A stretch of 40,509 bases of DNA. Origin: Myxococcota bacterium. Lineage in GTDB: Bacteria; Myxococcota; SpSt-1050. The stretch is taken from assembly GCA_049969675.1 (NCBI GenBank), contig JBMFOP010000017.1:1-40509 (forward strand), read 5' to 3'. Every line of letters begins with the position of its first letter. Position 1 is the first letter of the stretch. The translations under genes and the position numbers were made by a program. The notes under the pieces were generated by a model. It was given only the letters and a program-made list of their open reading frames with translations, was not told the DNA's origin and did not search any database. Shown one piece after another: positions 18,649 to 28,239 of the stretch.

Positions 18649-18650
18649 GT

Positions 18651-19334
18651 ATGTTTACAGTAAACTTAAAGAGAGATGAACAAATAGTTGCAAGCAGGGA
18701 TATAAGAGGTTATATCTGTAAAATCGGGAGAAGTCCAGTTTGCAATATTGTGCTGGATGAGTCCTACATCTCATCTGAACATCTGGTGATTATTGTAATT
18801 TTTGGACAGATATTTTTAATAGATAGGAGTCTGAATGGAGTATTTGTAAATGAACAGAAGATAAAAAGAAATACCCCGATATTTTTAAAAGCAGATGATG
18901 AAGTAAGACTGGGACCATATTCAATAACTATAGAGAATTTCAGTGATAATTTAGAGTCCCGAACTGTTCTATATTTTGAAAATTTGAGAGATGGAATAGA
19001 TATTCAGAATATAATGGTGGTCTCAAATAGTAATGGTTTTTTACAAACTATGACAGATGCAGAATTTGACCTCCCATATTTTCAAAAAAAATATCTCTTT
19101 GAAGATTTTTATAGAGATGAACTATTAAGAGCCCTCTTGCTCAAATCCAGAAAAGACCAGATCTTTTTGATATTCTTCTCAAATAGCATATACTATAATC
19201 AAGACTTTTCTCATGGTGATAATAAAGGAATTAGATTCGGAGTTGTGGATTATATCATATTCTTCTTACTCGCAATAATCTTCCTTCTTTTGGGTAGCCT
19301 TATTATTTACATTTTGCTATTTAAAGGATATTAA
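18651..19334 (+). CDS. FHA-domain protein with C-terminal transmembrane anchor
   Basis: FHA motifs IGR, SSEH and SLNGVFVN; hydrophobic C-terminal helix YIIFFLLAIIFLLLGSLIIYILLF. Confidence 0.82.
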   Translation: MFTVNLKRDEQIVASRDIRGYICKIGRSPVCNIVLDESYISSEHLVIIVIFGQIFLIDRSLNGVFVNEQKIKRNTPIFLKADDEVRLGPYSITIENFSDNLESRTVLYFENLRDGIDIQNIMVVSNSNGFLQTMTDAEFDLPYFQKKYLFEDFYRDELLRALLLKSRKDQIFLIFFSNSIYYNQDFSHGDNKGIRFGVVDYIIFFLLAIIFLLLGSLIIYILLFKGY

Positions 19335-19419
19335 ATTGCCTTAACCTATAGATAAGAACTAACAAAATCAGGGCAGTGTACCTTAATAAAAAATAATCTT
19401 AAAAGTTATACTTTGGGAA

Positions 19420-20607
19420 TTAGAGTTTTGTCCCGTCTTCTGTGCAGAATTTAGTCCCTGCCTCATATTCCTTCCCGCATTTTGGACATTTCACCTTTGA
19501 GGGTGCGGTAAGAGGAGTCCCGCAGGAAGGACAGAACTTTGCACCTGAATTTACCTGTGTTCCACATTTGGGGCATACTGGATTGGTTGCGAGACTTGCC
19601 CCACATTCAGCACAGAATTTTCCGGGTGCGACACTCTTTCCACAGGATGGACAGACTACAGTAGAGATAGCAGGTGTTAGGGCCTGTGCTTGTTGAGGGT
19701 GCGGTTGATTCATTGTAGCCTGATTCATCATCATCTGTTGGGCATAGGCAAACCCCATCCCGAGACCTGCACCGGCCATTGCGCTGTTTGCCCCTGCACC
19801 ACCACCTTCTCCACCACCCCCCTGGGCAAGGCCTTTCCCGAGACCGAACATAGGTTCGGCAGCCGCTGCCTGTTGATAACCTCCAGCCAGCTGGCTGAGA
19901 GCCTGTCTCTCAGAGAATGCCTTGAGTCTTGTCTCATCGTCCTCTTTCATAGAGATTACAAAGTTTCCGAGTCTTACTATATCAACTCCATAATCAGACA
20001 TATGTCTTCTTACACCTTCAATTACCTCCTCTTCAATCTCCTCAGTATATGCACCTGAGGTAACGTTTAATAATGGCCACTGTTTCTTCACAATTAATTC
20101 GGCGGCTCTATCTCTTATCACTTTGAGTGTCTGCTGCTTAAACCAATTAACAAAAGATTCGTTGTCAGATTTACCCATACCTGCAAGTCCGATAATAAGT
20201 TTGTCGGGCTCCTTTACTCTGAGGGAGAAGTCTCCATAAACCATAAGCCCTATTGCAAGTTTGGTCTCTGGATCTCTTACATCTCCAATTGGACCACCAA
20301 ATTTCTGGTTGGGAAATTCGCGTGTAGAGACAAAGAATATCTCTGAAATAAACATATTGCCACCGGAGGCGGCGTCCACAAGAAGTCCAATGAATGGTAT
20401 ATTGGATGAATCAAGTGTATATCTACCCGGCTTAAAAATGCCTCTAACCGTTCCATCTCTGAAGAAGACTGCCACCTCATCGGATTCAACAGTGAGCTGG
20501 GTTAGCATTCTGATGTTGGAATCCGGATGTTTGTAGATGATAAAATCTTTAGCCTCATCAGGCCTTGCAATAAACTCTCTTCTAATCTCTTTTGAAAAGA
20601 TACCCAT
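19420..20607 (-). CDS. SPFH/Band-7-like (YdjI-type) protein with C-terminal zinc ribbons
   Basis: QLTVESDEVAVFFRDG...PGRYTL, KFGG...VRDP, Gly-rich AGAGLGMGFAYAQQM, then CPxCG...KFCxxCG repeats. Confidence 0.85.
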   Translation of the reverse strand: MGIFSKEIRREFIARPDEAKDFIIYKHPDSNIRMLTQLTVESDEVAVFFRDGTVRGIFKPGRYTLDSSNIPFIGLLVDAASGGNMFISEIFFVSTREFPNQKFGGPIGDVRDPETKLAIGLMVYGDFSLRVKEPDKLIIGLAGMGKSDNESFVNWFKQQTLKVIRDRAAELIVKKQWPLLNVTSGAYTEEIEEEVIEGVRRHMSDYGVDIVRLGNFVISMKEDDETRLKAFSERQALSQLAGGYQQAAAAEPMFGLGKGLAQGGGGEGGGAGANSAMAGAGLGMGFAYAQQMMMNQATMNQPHPQQAQALTPAISTVVCPSCGKSVAPGKFCAECGASLATNPVCPKCGTQVNSGAKFCPSCGTPLTAPSKVKCPKCGKEYEAGTKFCTEDGTKL

Positions 20608-20720
20608 AGTAACCTCACTTTCTACTTATAGAAGGTTAATCTATAAAATAATGTAGCATAATAAATTTATTAAATCTACATTTTTTTGCATTTTTATCTA
20701 TTTTGTGTTTTATAAAAAAT

Positions 20721-21731
20721 ATGTTTGTTTATGAGTTTTTAAGGAATAATTGTCTTACAAGAATAATAAGACTGATAATACTCTTTTATCTTTTAGGTAT
20801 TACTACCGCTGCACAGATCTTCTTCTTTCTTGAGAGTCTATTCCCATTGCCAGTCTCAGATTTTGTAAAAAGTCTGATGATTACTATCTTTATACCACTC
20901 GGTGGTATCACCATTGGGATGTGGATTGACAATGAATTTATGCGTGAGAACAGGTCGTTTATACTTGTTCCATATCGGGCTGAGAGAGAAAATCTAAAGT
21001 GGTATGAGAAATATGATTGGCTGATTTATGGGCTTATAATGTTTGGTATCTGGTCTGGGATGTATTTCTGGATAGCAGAATCAAGGATATTTGCTCAAAA
21101 GCATTCAATGCTTGTAGAGTTTGATAAGATGATACCTTTCATTCCTGAGTGGGTCTGGATATATCTGACCGTGTATATGATATTTCTTATACCTTTATTT
21201 GGGCTCACAGAGAGACGATTGTTGAAGTTGGTTATGACCTCATATATTGTCGTTATGTTGACCTGCTATCTCTTCTTTTATCTATATCCAGTTGAATATC
21301 CGAGGCCATCACTTGAGGTAAAGGATTTTTCCACCTGGGCACTTTCATTGGTCTATAAGAATGATAGACCGTGGAATTGTTTTCCATCCTCTCATTGTGC
21401 AATGGCGATGATGGCTGCGCTTGTCCTACTTGAAATTAACTGGCTATTCGGGATATGGGGAATGCTTACTGCACTATCTATCGGGGTATCAACTCTCTTT
21501 ACGAAGCAACATTTCATTCTGGATGTAGTTACTGGTTTTGGATTATCTGTACTCGTCTATTATCTATTTTTTAAGAGCAGATTTATAGAACTACTTGGTA
21601 AGAAACAGAAGGAGTTTTATGAGAGAATGTCTCTCGCCGTAGATAGAGTTATTGAATCAAGGTTTGAGGAGATAATCAGGAAGATTGTAAAAGAGGAGAT
21701 TGAAAGGGCATTAAGGGAGAGAGAAAAATAG
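20721..21731 (+). CDS. PAP2-superfamily membrane phosphatase/phosphotransferase (AUR1/IPC-synthase-like)
   Basis: Multiple TMs; FDKMIPF, YPVEYPRP, DRPWNCFPSSH, STLFTKQHFILDV. Start is uncertain (20703 TTG or 20721 ATG). Confidence 0.8.
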   Translation: MFVYEFLRNNCLTRIIRLIILFYLLGITTAAQIFFFLESLFPLPVSDFVKSLMITIFIPLGGITIGMWIDNEFMRENRSFILVPYRAERENLKWYEKYDWLIYGLIMFGIWSGMYFWIAESRIFAQKHSMLVEFDKMIPFIPEWVWIYLTVYMIFLIPLFGLTERRLLKLVMTSYIVVMLTCYLFFYLYPVEYPRPSLEVKDFSTWALSLVYKNDRPWNCFPSSHCAMAMMAALVLLEINWLFGIWGMLTALSIGVSTLFTKQHFILDVVTGFGLSVLVYYLFFKSRFIELLGKKQKEFYERMSLAVDRVIESRFEEIIRKIVKEEIERALREREK

Positions 21732-21799
21732 ACTTTATTGTTTTGTTTTTTTTGATTTTCATTTATAATATATAAAGACTTTGGGCTTGAGGTAATTTT

Positions 21800-24700
21800 A
21801 TGAAAAAGATATTTATTCTCTTTATAATGTTAATCTGGGGCTCCTATGGTTGTTTCTCTCCATCTGAGCAGTATTCAGATACAGGGTCGGACTCAATCTC
21901 TATAACAGATATTTCTATCTCTGATATATCCTCACAAGATAAACCACCTGTGATAATTTCTGTAGAACCATCAGCTGGATATACGGAAGGTGGAATTGAT
22001 GTCACAATTAATGGAATGAATTTTGTAAATGGTTTGAAGGTCTTTTTTGGTGATAAGGAGGCAGATGTCAAAACTCTTTTAAGTGGTATCACTATTGTTG
22101 TGGTCAATCCCCCTTATAAAGAGGGGAAGGTAGATATAAAAGTAATAAATCCAGATGGGCTATATGGTGTATTAAAGGCGGGTTTTGAGTACAAGAAGAA
22201 GGAGACTCCAATTGATGGATGTGTATATAAAAAGTGTGATATAAAGCCTACAATATTCAAATATGATTCTTCAAAGGCGGGTTTTTCTGTATCAAAGGTT
22301 GAACTTGCATCCCAATTTACAAATTGGGGAGAGAATAAAATCCTGATGAATGATGAAGGAATAAGTGGAGATGAAGTCGCAGGTGATGGCATCTATTCTG
22401 TTGCCATTAACTTGAAGTCTGGACAATATGAATATAAATTTATGTTAAATGGGAATCAGTGGGTAAATGACCCGGATAATTCTGAGATAGAACCAATCTT
22501 TAAAAATTCTGTCATTCTTGTAAAGGATGGATGTCATCCCGAGATAATTGAATATTCCATTAAGAATGGTGATATTATTTCTTCACCCAGTGTAACTCTT
22601 CAGGTGAGATATGATTTAAATGGAAAGATGATAGATAAAAGTGCCTCTTACTTTGTAATTGATGGAGTTGAATCAAAAGGAGATATATATGAAAGTGATG
22701 GAAGAATTTCAGTTAGTAAGAATCTTGCCGATGGTGCTCATTGGTATTATGTAGTAATAAGGGATATGGAGTGTAATAAATTTGTCTCACCATCAATATT
22801 TTTTATTGTGAAGACTTCAAACAAATTACCGGTTGCAAACGCAGGTTATACACAGATTGTTGAAAGAGGTGATAAGGTAATTCTGGATGGCACTCTCTCT
22901 GAAGACCCATATCAGATTGGAATAGAAAATTTTATCTGGGATGTATTGGAATCACCTGAACCTGTGAATCTATTGGATGAATATGCCACAGATTGGGCAG
23001 GATATAATTATGACCCCAATGCCACTCCTCCAAAGGTCAGGTCCCTTGTGAGTTTTATTCCGCAGAGCGAGGGATATTACAAATTCTCCTTAAGAGTTTC
23101 CAATAGCGATGGTGAGAGTGATGATGATGAGACAGATGTATATGTTTTGAAAAAATCAACTTCTTTAGATAAGCCTCTTGTAAGGCTGAATATAGGTGTT
23201 AATGGGAATACAGTTTCACTTGATGCCACCAATTCAATAGGTGCAAATTCAAACAATCTGGAATTTATCTGGATTGAGGATATCAAAAATCCGGAGAGAT
23301 TTAATCTGGGTAAAGTGGCAAATCAACAGATTGTGCTTAATAAAGACGGGGCTTACTTTATATATCTCATCGTTAGTGATGGTTATGCCAATTCCTCTAT
23401 TAAAAGGGTCTTTTTGCTAAAAAGGGGAGATAAGATTTTCGCTCAGGACTTTGCCTATTCTTCAGAGTGGTTTAAGGGTTCAAATATATATGAGATATTT
23501 GTCAGAAAATTTGCAGATGGAGACGGAGATGGGATTGGTGATCTGACGGGGCTTACAGAAAAGATAAATTATCTGAAGGGGCTTGGAGTTAAGACCATCT
23601 GGTTGATGCCGGTCTTCCGTTCAAATGACAAAGACCATGGTTATCATACAGTGGATTATTACACAATAGAGCCAGATTACGGTAACAATGAAGATTTATT
23701 TAATCTTGTATCAGAGGCGCATAAGTCTGGAATAAAGGTTGTTCTGGATATGGTGATAAATCATACATCCAGAAGACATCCATTCTTTATTGAGGCCTTG
23801 AATATGAATCCATTCTTCAGGAATTACTATATCTGGTTTGAAAATAATAGCCAGAATCTGTATGACAAATACGGATACGGGCGCGAAATGGGAGGCACAA
23901 GACTTACTCTTGAGAATGGCTGGGCGGAGATTCCGGACCTGAATTATTCAAATCCTGTTATGAGGCAGTACATATATAATATGCTCAGGTACTGGCTTGA
24001 CCCGAACGGAGATGGAGATTTTTCAGATGGTGTGGATGGTTTCAGAATTGACCATGTGACTGGACCTTCTCATAGTGTCTGGATGAATCTGAGGAGGTAT
24101 GTTAAATCCATCAATCCTGATGCAGTCTTGATTGCAGAGGTCTTTAGAGATTTTGATAACAACAATCTGGGATATGGAATCAAAGATTATTATAACGGAG
24201 AATTTGATGCAGCATTTACATTTCCGTATTACTGGACGATAAATTCAATCGTGAATGGTACAGATAAACCAGATTTATTTGATGTATTGAGGGGTGATAT
24301 AAGGAAGAAATTTGTAAGTGGCGTGACTCACTCATTCTTTATACAAAATCATGACATTCCGTATAAGAGTACAGCACTTAAAGAATATGGAGGCTACAAT
24401 GAAACAGGTATCTTAAGACAGATATCTGCTGCATCATTAATGTTTTTATTTCCCAATGCACCTCAGATACTTTATGGTGAGGAACTCGGAATTACTGAAT
24501 ACAGGGGATTTATGCCGTGGGAAAATTACAATGACCAGAACGCTCTCTATAATTTTTATAAAACTATCTATAAAATAAGATCTGAAATGGGGATATCTGC
24601 TGATTCAAAGTTCTATTTTGTGCCTAACTCACAACCTGATTCAGTCTATTCTTTCTATATTAAGTCAGATAACAATCGCCTCCTCGGCGTGATAAATATG

Positions 24701-25219
24701 AAGGATACTTATGTGGATACAGTTAATATGAATATTGGTGTATTGAGAGAGAGCAGTTGCGGTGCATTGAGCTTTGTATCTGTTATAGATTATGAGGTAA
24801 AGGATGTTGAAGAAAACTATCAATACCTCTTTGTTGGTCCTCTCAAATCCTATGAGGTAAAGCTCTATAAAATAGAGGAGAAGAGCAGTATCCAGCCTGT
24901 TAAGGTAAAATTTCTTTTAAATACAAAGAGTAAATCTATGGAGATAGAGGAGGGGAGATATGCCTTTATCTCTGGAGATATTATTCAAATCGGTAACTGG
25001 GTACCCAATGCTATAGCTCTAAATAAGACAGGCCCAAACAGCTCATATTATGAGACATTTATTTGTAATGGTATTCACATTGAATATAAATACATCATTG
25101 ATTTTGGAGCGATAGAGAGATGGGATGGAGTAGAGTTTGGTGGTGAGAATAGAAAGGTTACAATATATGGGGATAACAACAATGAGATGGAGATATCTGA
25201 TACATTTGGTATTCGTTAG
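21800..25219 (+). CDS. Multimodular GH13 alpha-amylase-family lipoprotein (IPT/TIG, CBM48-like, PKD-like, GH13, CBM20-like)
   Basis: Lipobox SYGC; IPT (PSAGYTEGG.DVTINGMNF); YEYKFMLNGNQWVNDP; PVANAG; YEIFVRKFADGDGDGIGD; HGY; NHTS; catalytic GFRID, AEV and NHD; GDIIQIGNW...IEYKY. Confidence 0.9.
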   Translation: MKKIFILFIMLIWGSYGCFSPSEQYSDTGSDSISITDISISDISSQDKPPVIISVEPSAGYTEGGIDVTINGMNFVNGLKVFFGDKEADVKTLLSGITIVVVNPPYKEGKVDIKVINPDGLYGVLKAGFEYKKKETPIDGCVYKKCDIKPTIFKYDSSKAGFSVSKVELASQFTNWGENKILMNDEGISGDEVAGDGIYSVAINLKSGQYEYKFMLNGNQWVNDPDNSEIEPIFKNSVILVKDGCHPEIIEYSIKNGDIISSPSVTLQVRYDLNGKMIDKSASYFVIDGVESKGDIYESDGRISVSKNLADGAHWYYVVIRDMECNKFVSPSIFFIVKTSNKLPVANAGYTQIVERGDKVILDGTLSEDPYQIGIENFIWDVLESPEPVNLLDEYATDWAGYNYDPNATPPKVRSLVSFIPQSEGYYKFSLRVSNSDGESDDDETDVYVLKKSTSLDKPLVRLNIGVNGNTVSLDATNSIGANSNNLEFIWIEDIKNPERFNLGKVANQQIVLNKDGAYFIYLIVSDGYANSSIKRVFLLKRGDKIFAQDFAYSSEWFKGSNIYEIFVRKFADGDGDGIGDLTGLTEKINYLKGLGVKTIWLMPVFRSNDKDHGYHTVDYYTIEPDYGNNEDLFNLVSEAHKSGIKVVLDMVINHTSRRHPFFIEALNMNPFFRNYYIWFENNSQNLYDKYGYGREMGGTRLTLENGWAEIPDLNYSNPVMRQYIYNMLRYWLDPNGDGDFSDGVDGFRIDHVTGPSHSVWMNLRRYVKSINPDAVLIAEVFRDFDNNNLGYGIKDYYNGEFDAAFTFPYYWTINSIVNGTDKPDLFDVLRGDIRKKFVSGVTHSFFIQNHDIPYKSTALKEYGGYNETGILRQISAASLMFLFPNAPQILYGEELGITEYRGFMPWENYNDQNALYNFYKTIYKIRSEMGISADSKFYFVPNSQPDSVYSFYIKSDNNRLLGVINMKDTYVDTVNMNIGVLRESSCGALSFVSVIDYEVKDVEENYQYLFVGPLKSYEVKLYKIEEKSSIQPVKVKFLLNTKSKSMEIEEGRYAFISGDIIQIGNWVPNAIALNKTGPNSSYYETFICNGIHIEYKYIIDFGAIERWDGVEFGGENRKVTIYGDNNNEMEISDTFGIR

Positions 25220-26738
25220 TATTTTTATAATTATTACAATTTCTGGGTGTAATTGTGGAGATACACCGCAGAACAGTAATGAGAGTGATGATTCAACTGA
25301 AAGGGTAAATCACGGCTACTCTGCAAAAGATGAGTATGGCAATCAGTATATTAAAAAGTGTGATAAAACTTATGCCGATTGTAATAAAAAGGTTGATGAT
25401 GGTTGTGAGGCTAATCTAACAAATGATATAAATAATTGTGGCTCCTGTGGGAAGGTCTGTATTGCCTCAGCAAATGTATCCGCTGTCGCCTGCAAAGATT
25501 CAAATTGTGTAATTGATTATTGTGTAAATGGATATACCGACCTTGATAAAAAATATGAGAATGGTTGTGAATATTATTGTACCAGAAGAGGCGAAAAAGA
25601 GATTGAAGGGAATATGGAAGATGATGATTGTGATGGATATATTGACAATGTCTGTAGATTCGCAGTTGATAGTAACTCCTATCTTATAGCGTCCAATCTC
25701 CGGGGGAGAGTCACTGATATATTCTCAATCTCCAACGAAAATTACTCTATTGTTGGGTTTGTAGAGTCCGCATCTGATGGAACAGATTATCTAATGGTTT
25801 CTGCTATTGATTCACAGCGAAATCTAAAATTTACTACAGAGGTAAGAAAAGTTGCTCAAGATGGGGATATTGGTTCAGTTGCAATGCTTATAAATGATAG
25901 TTCAATTTTTGTATTCTGGTCTGAGAACTACAACGAAAGTTCAAAAATATATTTAAGCCGACTCAATTTGGATGGCGTGGTAAAACAGGAATTGATTCAG
26001 ATATATGAAGGTCTAAGGAATATATCAAATTTAATTATCGGAGTGCATAAAGGCTCGCTCTACCTCTCATTTGAGACAACAGAGAATAATATAAAATCGG
26101 TATTTTTACTTGAGATTGATGTCAGGAATAATGAGGTTGTGTCAAAGAGGTTAATCTCTACTGCAAATATAGATTGTTATGGACATAATATCTATTTTTT
26201 AGATAATATTTTATATGTATCTTATTGGGAGATGAGGAGTGGATATCTGGAATTGGTGATTATGACAAATGATCTTGAAACAGATAAGAAATGGAGATAT
26301 CCAATTCGTAAGACTGAAATGAACGCAGTGGGTTCTGCGCTTGGATATGGGAGTGGAAAATTTATTCTAATCTGGACAGAATCCACTTCTACACTCGGTA
26401 CAATGTATCTATCTGTGCTCAACGACCAACTTCAAAGTATAGTTTTAAAGAAGGTTGAAATAAGTTATGAAGAGTCAGGACTCCCTGTAATTGATTACAA
26501 TGGGAATATTTTTGGTAATGCATTTGGCGCAGTAAAGAACAATAAAAATTATATTTTATTTTCAGACATAGATATAAGTGGAAAGAAGATCTCTGAGTTG
26601 ATAATATCACCGGTAACTATTTTAGAGAAACCTTATATGTCTTTTGCAAACAATGAGTTCTTTGTCTTTTATACAGACATAAATAGTAAAATGCAATACT
26701 TCCTCAATATGAAGCGCGTATATTGCATAAAGGATTAA
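25182..26738 (+). CDS. Lipoprotein with Cys-rich N-terminal region and beta-rich C-terminal domain
   Basis: ATG 25182 gives MRWRYLIHLVFVSIFIIITISGC (lipobox ISGC). DCN...DGCEANL..DINNCGSCGKVC and EIEGNMEDDDCDGYID. Overlaps the amylase gene by 38 nt. Confidence 0.72.
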   Translation: MRWRYLIHLVFVSIFIIITISGCNCGDTPQNSNESDDSTERVNHGYSAKDEYGNQYIKKCDKTYADCNKKVDDGCEANLTNDINNCGSCGKVCIASANVSAVACKDSNCVIDYCVNGYTDLDKKYENGCEYYCTRRGEKEIEGNMEDDDCDGYIDNVCRFAVDSNSYLIASNLRGRVTDIFSISNENYSIVGFVESASDGTDYLMVSAIDSQRNLKFTTEVRKVAQDGDIGSVAMLINDSSIFVFWSENYNESSKIYLSRLNLDGVVKQELIQIYEGLRNISNLIIGVHKGSLYLSFETTENNIKSVFLLEIDVRNNEVVSKRLISTANIDCYGHNIYFLDNILYVSYWEMRSGYLELVIMTNDLETDKKWRYPIRKTEMNAVGSALGYGSGKFILIWTESTSTLGTMYLSVLNDQLQSIVLKKVEISYEESGLPVIDYNGNIFGNAFGAVKNNKNYILFSDIDISGKKISELIISPVTILEKPYMSFANNEFFVFYTDINSKMQYFLNMKRVYCIKD

Positions 26739-27778
26739 AACTTATAGCAGATCCCGAATGCAGTTACATTTCTTGAAAATTGTGTTATGTAATTGGAAAA
26801 TTCTGAGTAGTAATATGAGTATTTTACCTCCAGCATCAATTTTCTGGATATATCTCTTGAAAGTTTAATGATTATGTAGTTTCTATTTTCATTGTCGTTT
26901 ATCAATAAGAGCTGGTCTGATATCAATATCCCATCCTTAAAGGAAGATATCATAAAGGAGAGGAGCATATTTAGATAAATTTTGAAGAATAGCATTGATG
27001 TCATTGAAAGCTGAAGTCTCTGTCTAAAGACCGATTCACCTACAGAGTTTGATGAATTAATCTCTGGATTATATGATATAGAGAGCAATATGTCTGATTC
27101 ATAGTTTAAACGAATGATTAGATTGTGGTTTATGTCCTGACGACTCTTCTCTGTCCTGGTTGTAAGGATTGAGTCCTGGTCCAGATTCCCGAGTCTTCTG
27201 TAAGCATAGGAGTCGTAAACAATATATCTAAATAAATAGTTTAAATTCAAATTTAAATTTTCGTCTATTTGATAGGCTGTTACGAGTCCAGCAGCAGCCG
27301 CATTATAAGAATAATCATTATTTACATCAAAAATAAATTTTTCATAATCGCCAATTAATTTAATAAAGAATAAGTCTGAAAAATAGTTAAAAGATATATA
27401 AGGCTTTATGAGGGAGTAGTCCTGAGCAGTTTTGACTGTAGTTATATCCTTCAGTTCTATGCCAATTTCTGGAGAAAATCTTGAAATCTTAAATAGATAT
27501 GAGGTGTCAATCATCGTTACAACTGTATTTGCGTCAGATTCATTAAAGAATAATTTGCCACCATTTAAGATATTTGCCTTATAAAGATGTCTATCTCTTA
27601 AATATTTTAGAGAGAGGTCTGACTGCAATTTAATATCTGAATCAGATATAATATTTTCACCTGTATTGGAAGGTCTTCTATATACATTTGAATCATACTC
27701 AAGCGAGAGGTTCAATCTCTCTTTTATTGTAAAATCACCGTTTATGGATATTAAAATTAAAAATATTGCATTAATCAA
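26735..27778 (-). CDS. Putative outer-membrane beta-barrel protein
   Basis: EYDSNV near the N-terminus, alternating hydrophobic beta-strands, Tyr-rich, terminal strand FGICYKF ending in Phe. TTG start 1 nt after the upstream gene. Confidence 0.68.
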   Translation of the reverse strand: MINAIFLILISINGDFTIKERLNLSLEYDSNVYRRPSNTGENIISDSDIKLQSDLSLKYLRDRHLYKANILNGGKLFFNESDANTVVTMIDTSYLFKISRFSPEIGIELKDITTVKTAQDYSLIKPYISFNYFSDLFFIKLIGDYEKFIFDVNNDYSYNAAAAGLVTAYQIDENLNLNLNYLFRYIVYDSYAYRRLGNLDQDSILTTRTEKSRQDINHNLIIRLNYESDILLSISYNPEINSSNSVGESVFRQRLQLSMTSMLFFKIYLNMLLSFMISSFKDGILISDQLLLINDNENRNYIIIKLSRDISRKLMLEVKYSYYYSEFSNYITQFSRNVTAFGICYKF

Positions 27779-27779
27779 G

Positions 27780-28070
27780 TCAGTTTCCAGCCCCTTTTGC
27801 AGTCTCTACATATTGTAACATAAGGTTATATATACATTCATCAAGAAATTTGGATTCGTCCTCTGTGAGGTTACCTTTTGTCTTCTCTTTTAATATCTTT
27901 AATATCTCTATGGTCTCCTGTGTAAAGTTTAGATTCTTTCTCTTCTCCTTTGTAATTGGGTCAGGGATAATTCCCAATGAGACAATGGCGCTCATATAGA
28001 GTGAGCCTACAAATGCCTTGAAGTCTATTTCTGTATTTTCATTTTTTGTGTTTAAATCGCTCTCTGTCAT
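27780..28070 (-). CDS. DUF1844-family protein
   Basis: IDFKAFVGSL...SLGIIPDP...TIEILKILKEKTKGNLTEDESKFL...LMLQYVE matches the recalled family pattern. RBS GGAGG upstream. Confidence 0.85.
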   Translation of the reverse strand: MTESDLNTKNENTEIDFKAFVGSLYMSAIVSLGIIPDPITKEKRKNLNFTQETIEILKILKEKTKGNLTEDESKFLDECIYNLMLQYVETAKGAGN

Positions 28071-28239
28071 AGATGCCTCCAGAAATTTTTCTAAATGTTA
28101 TTTATAAATATTCATCTTGTCAAATGTAATCTTTCAAAATATCAAAAACCCTCATCTCATTGGAAATCATTTTAATTTGCTTGAATTAATTTAAAATGTA
28201 GTTATTCTAATTGCATTAGATTTATCCAGAAGGGATTTT

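Noticed and set aside
19335..19419. Rho-independent terminator between the convergent FHA and SPFH genes
   Set aside because: No convincing GC-rich hairpin followed by a U-tract was found.
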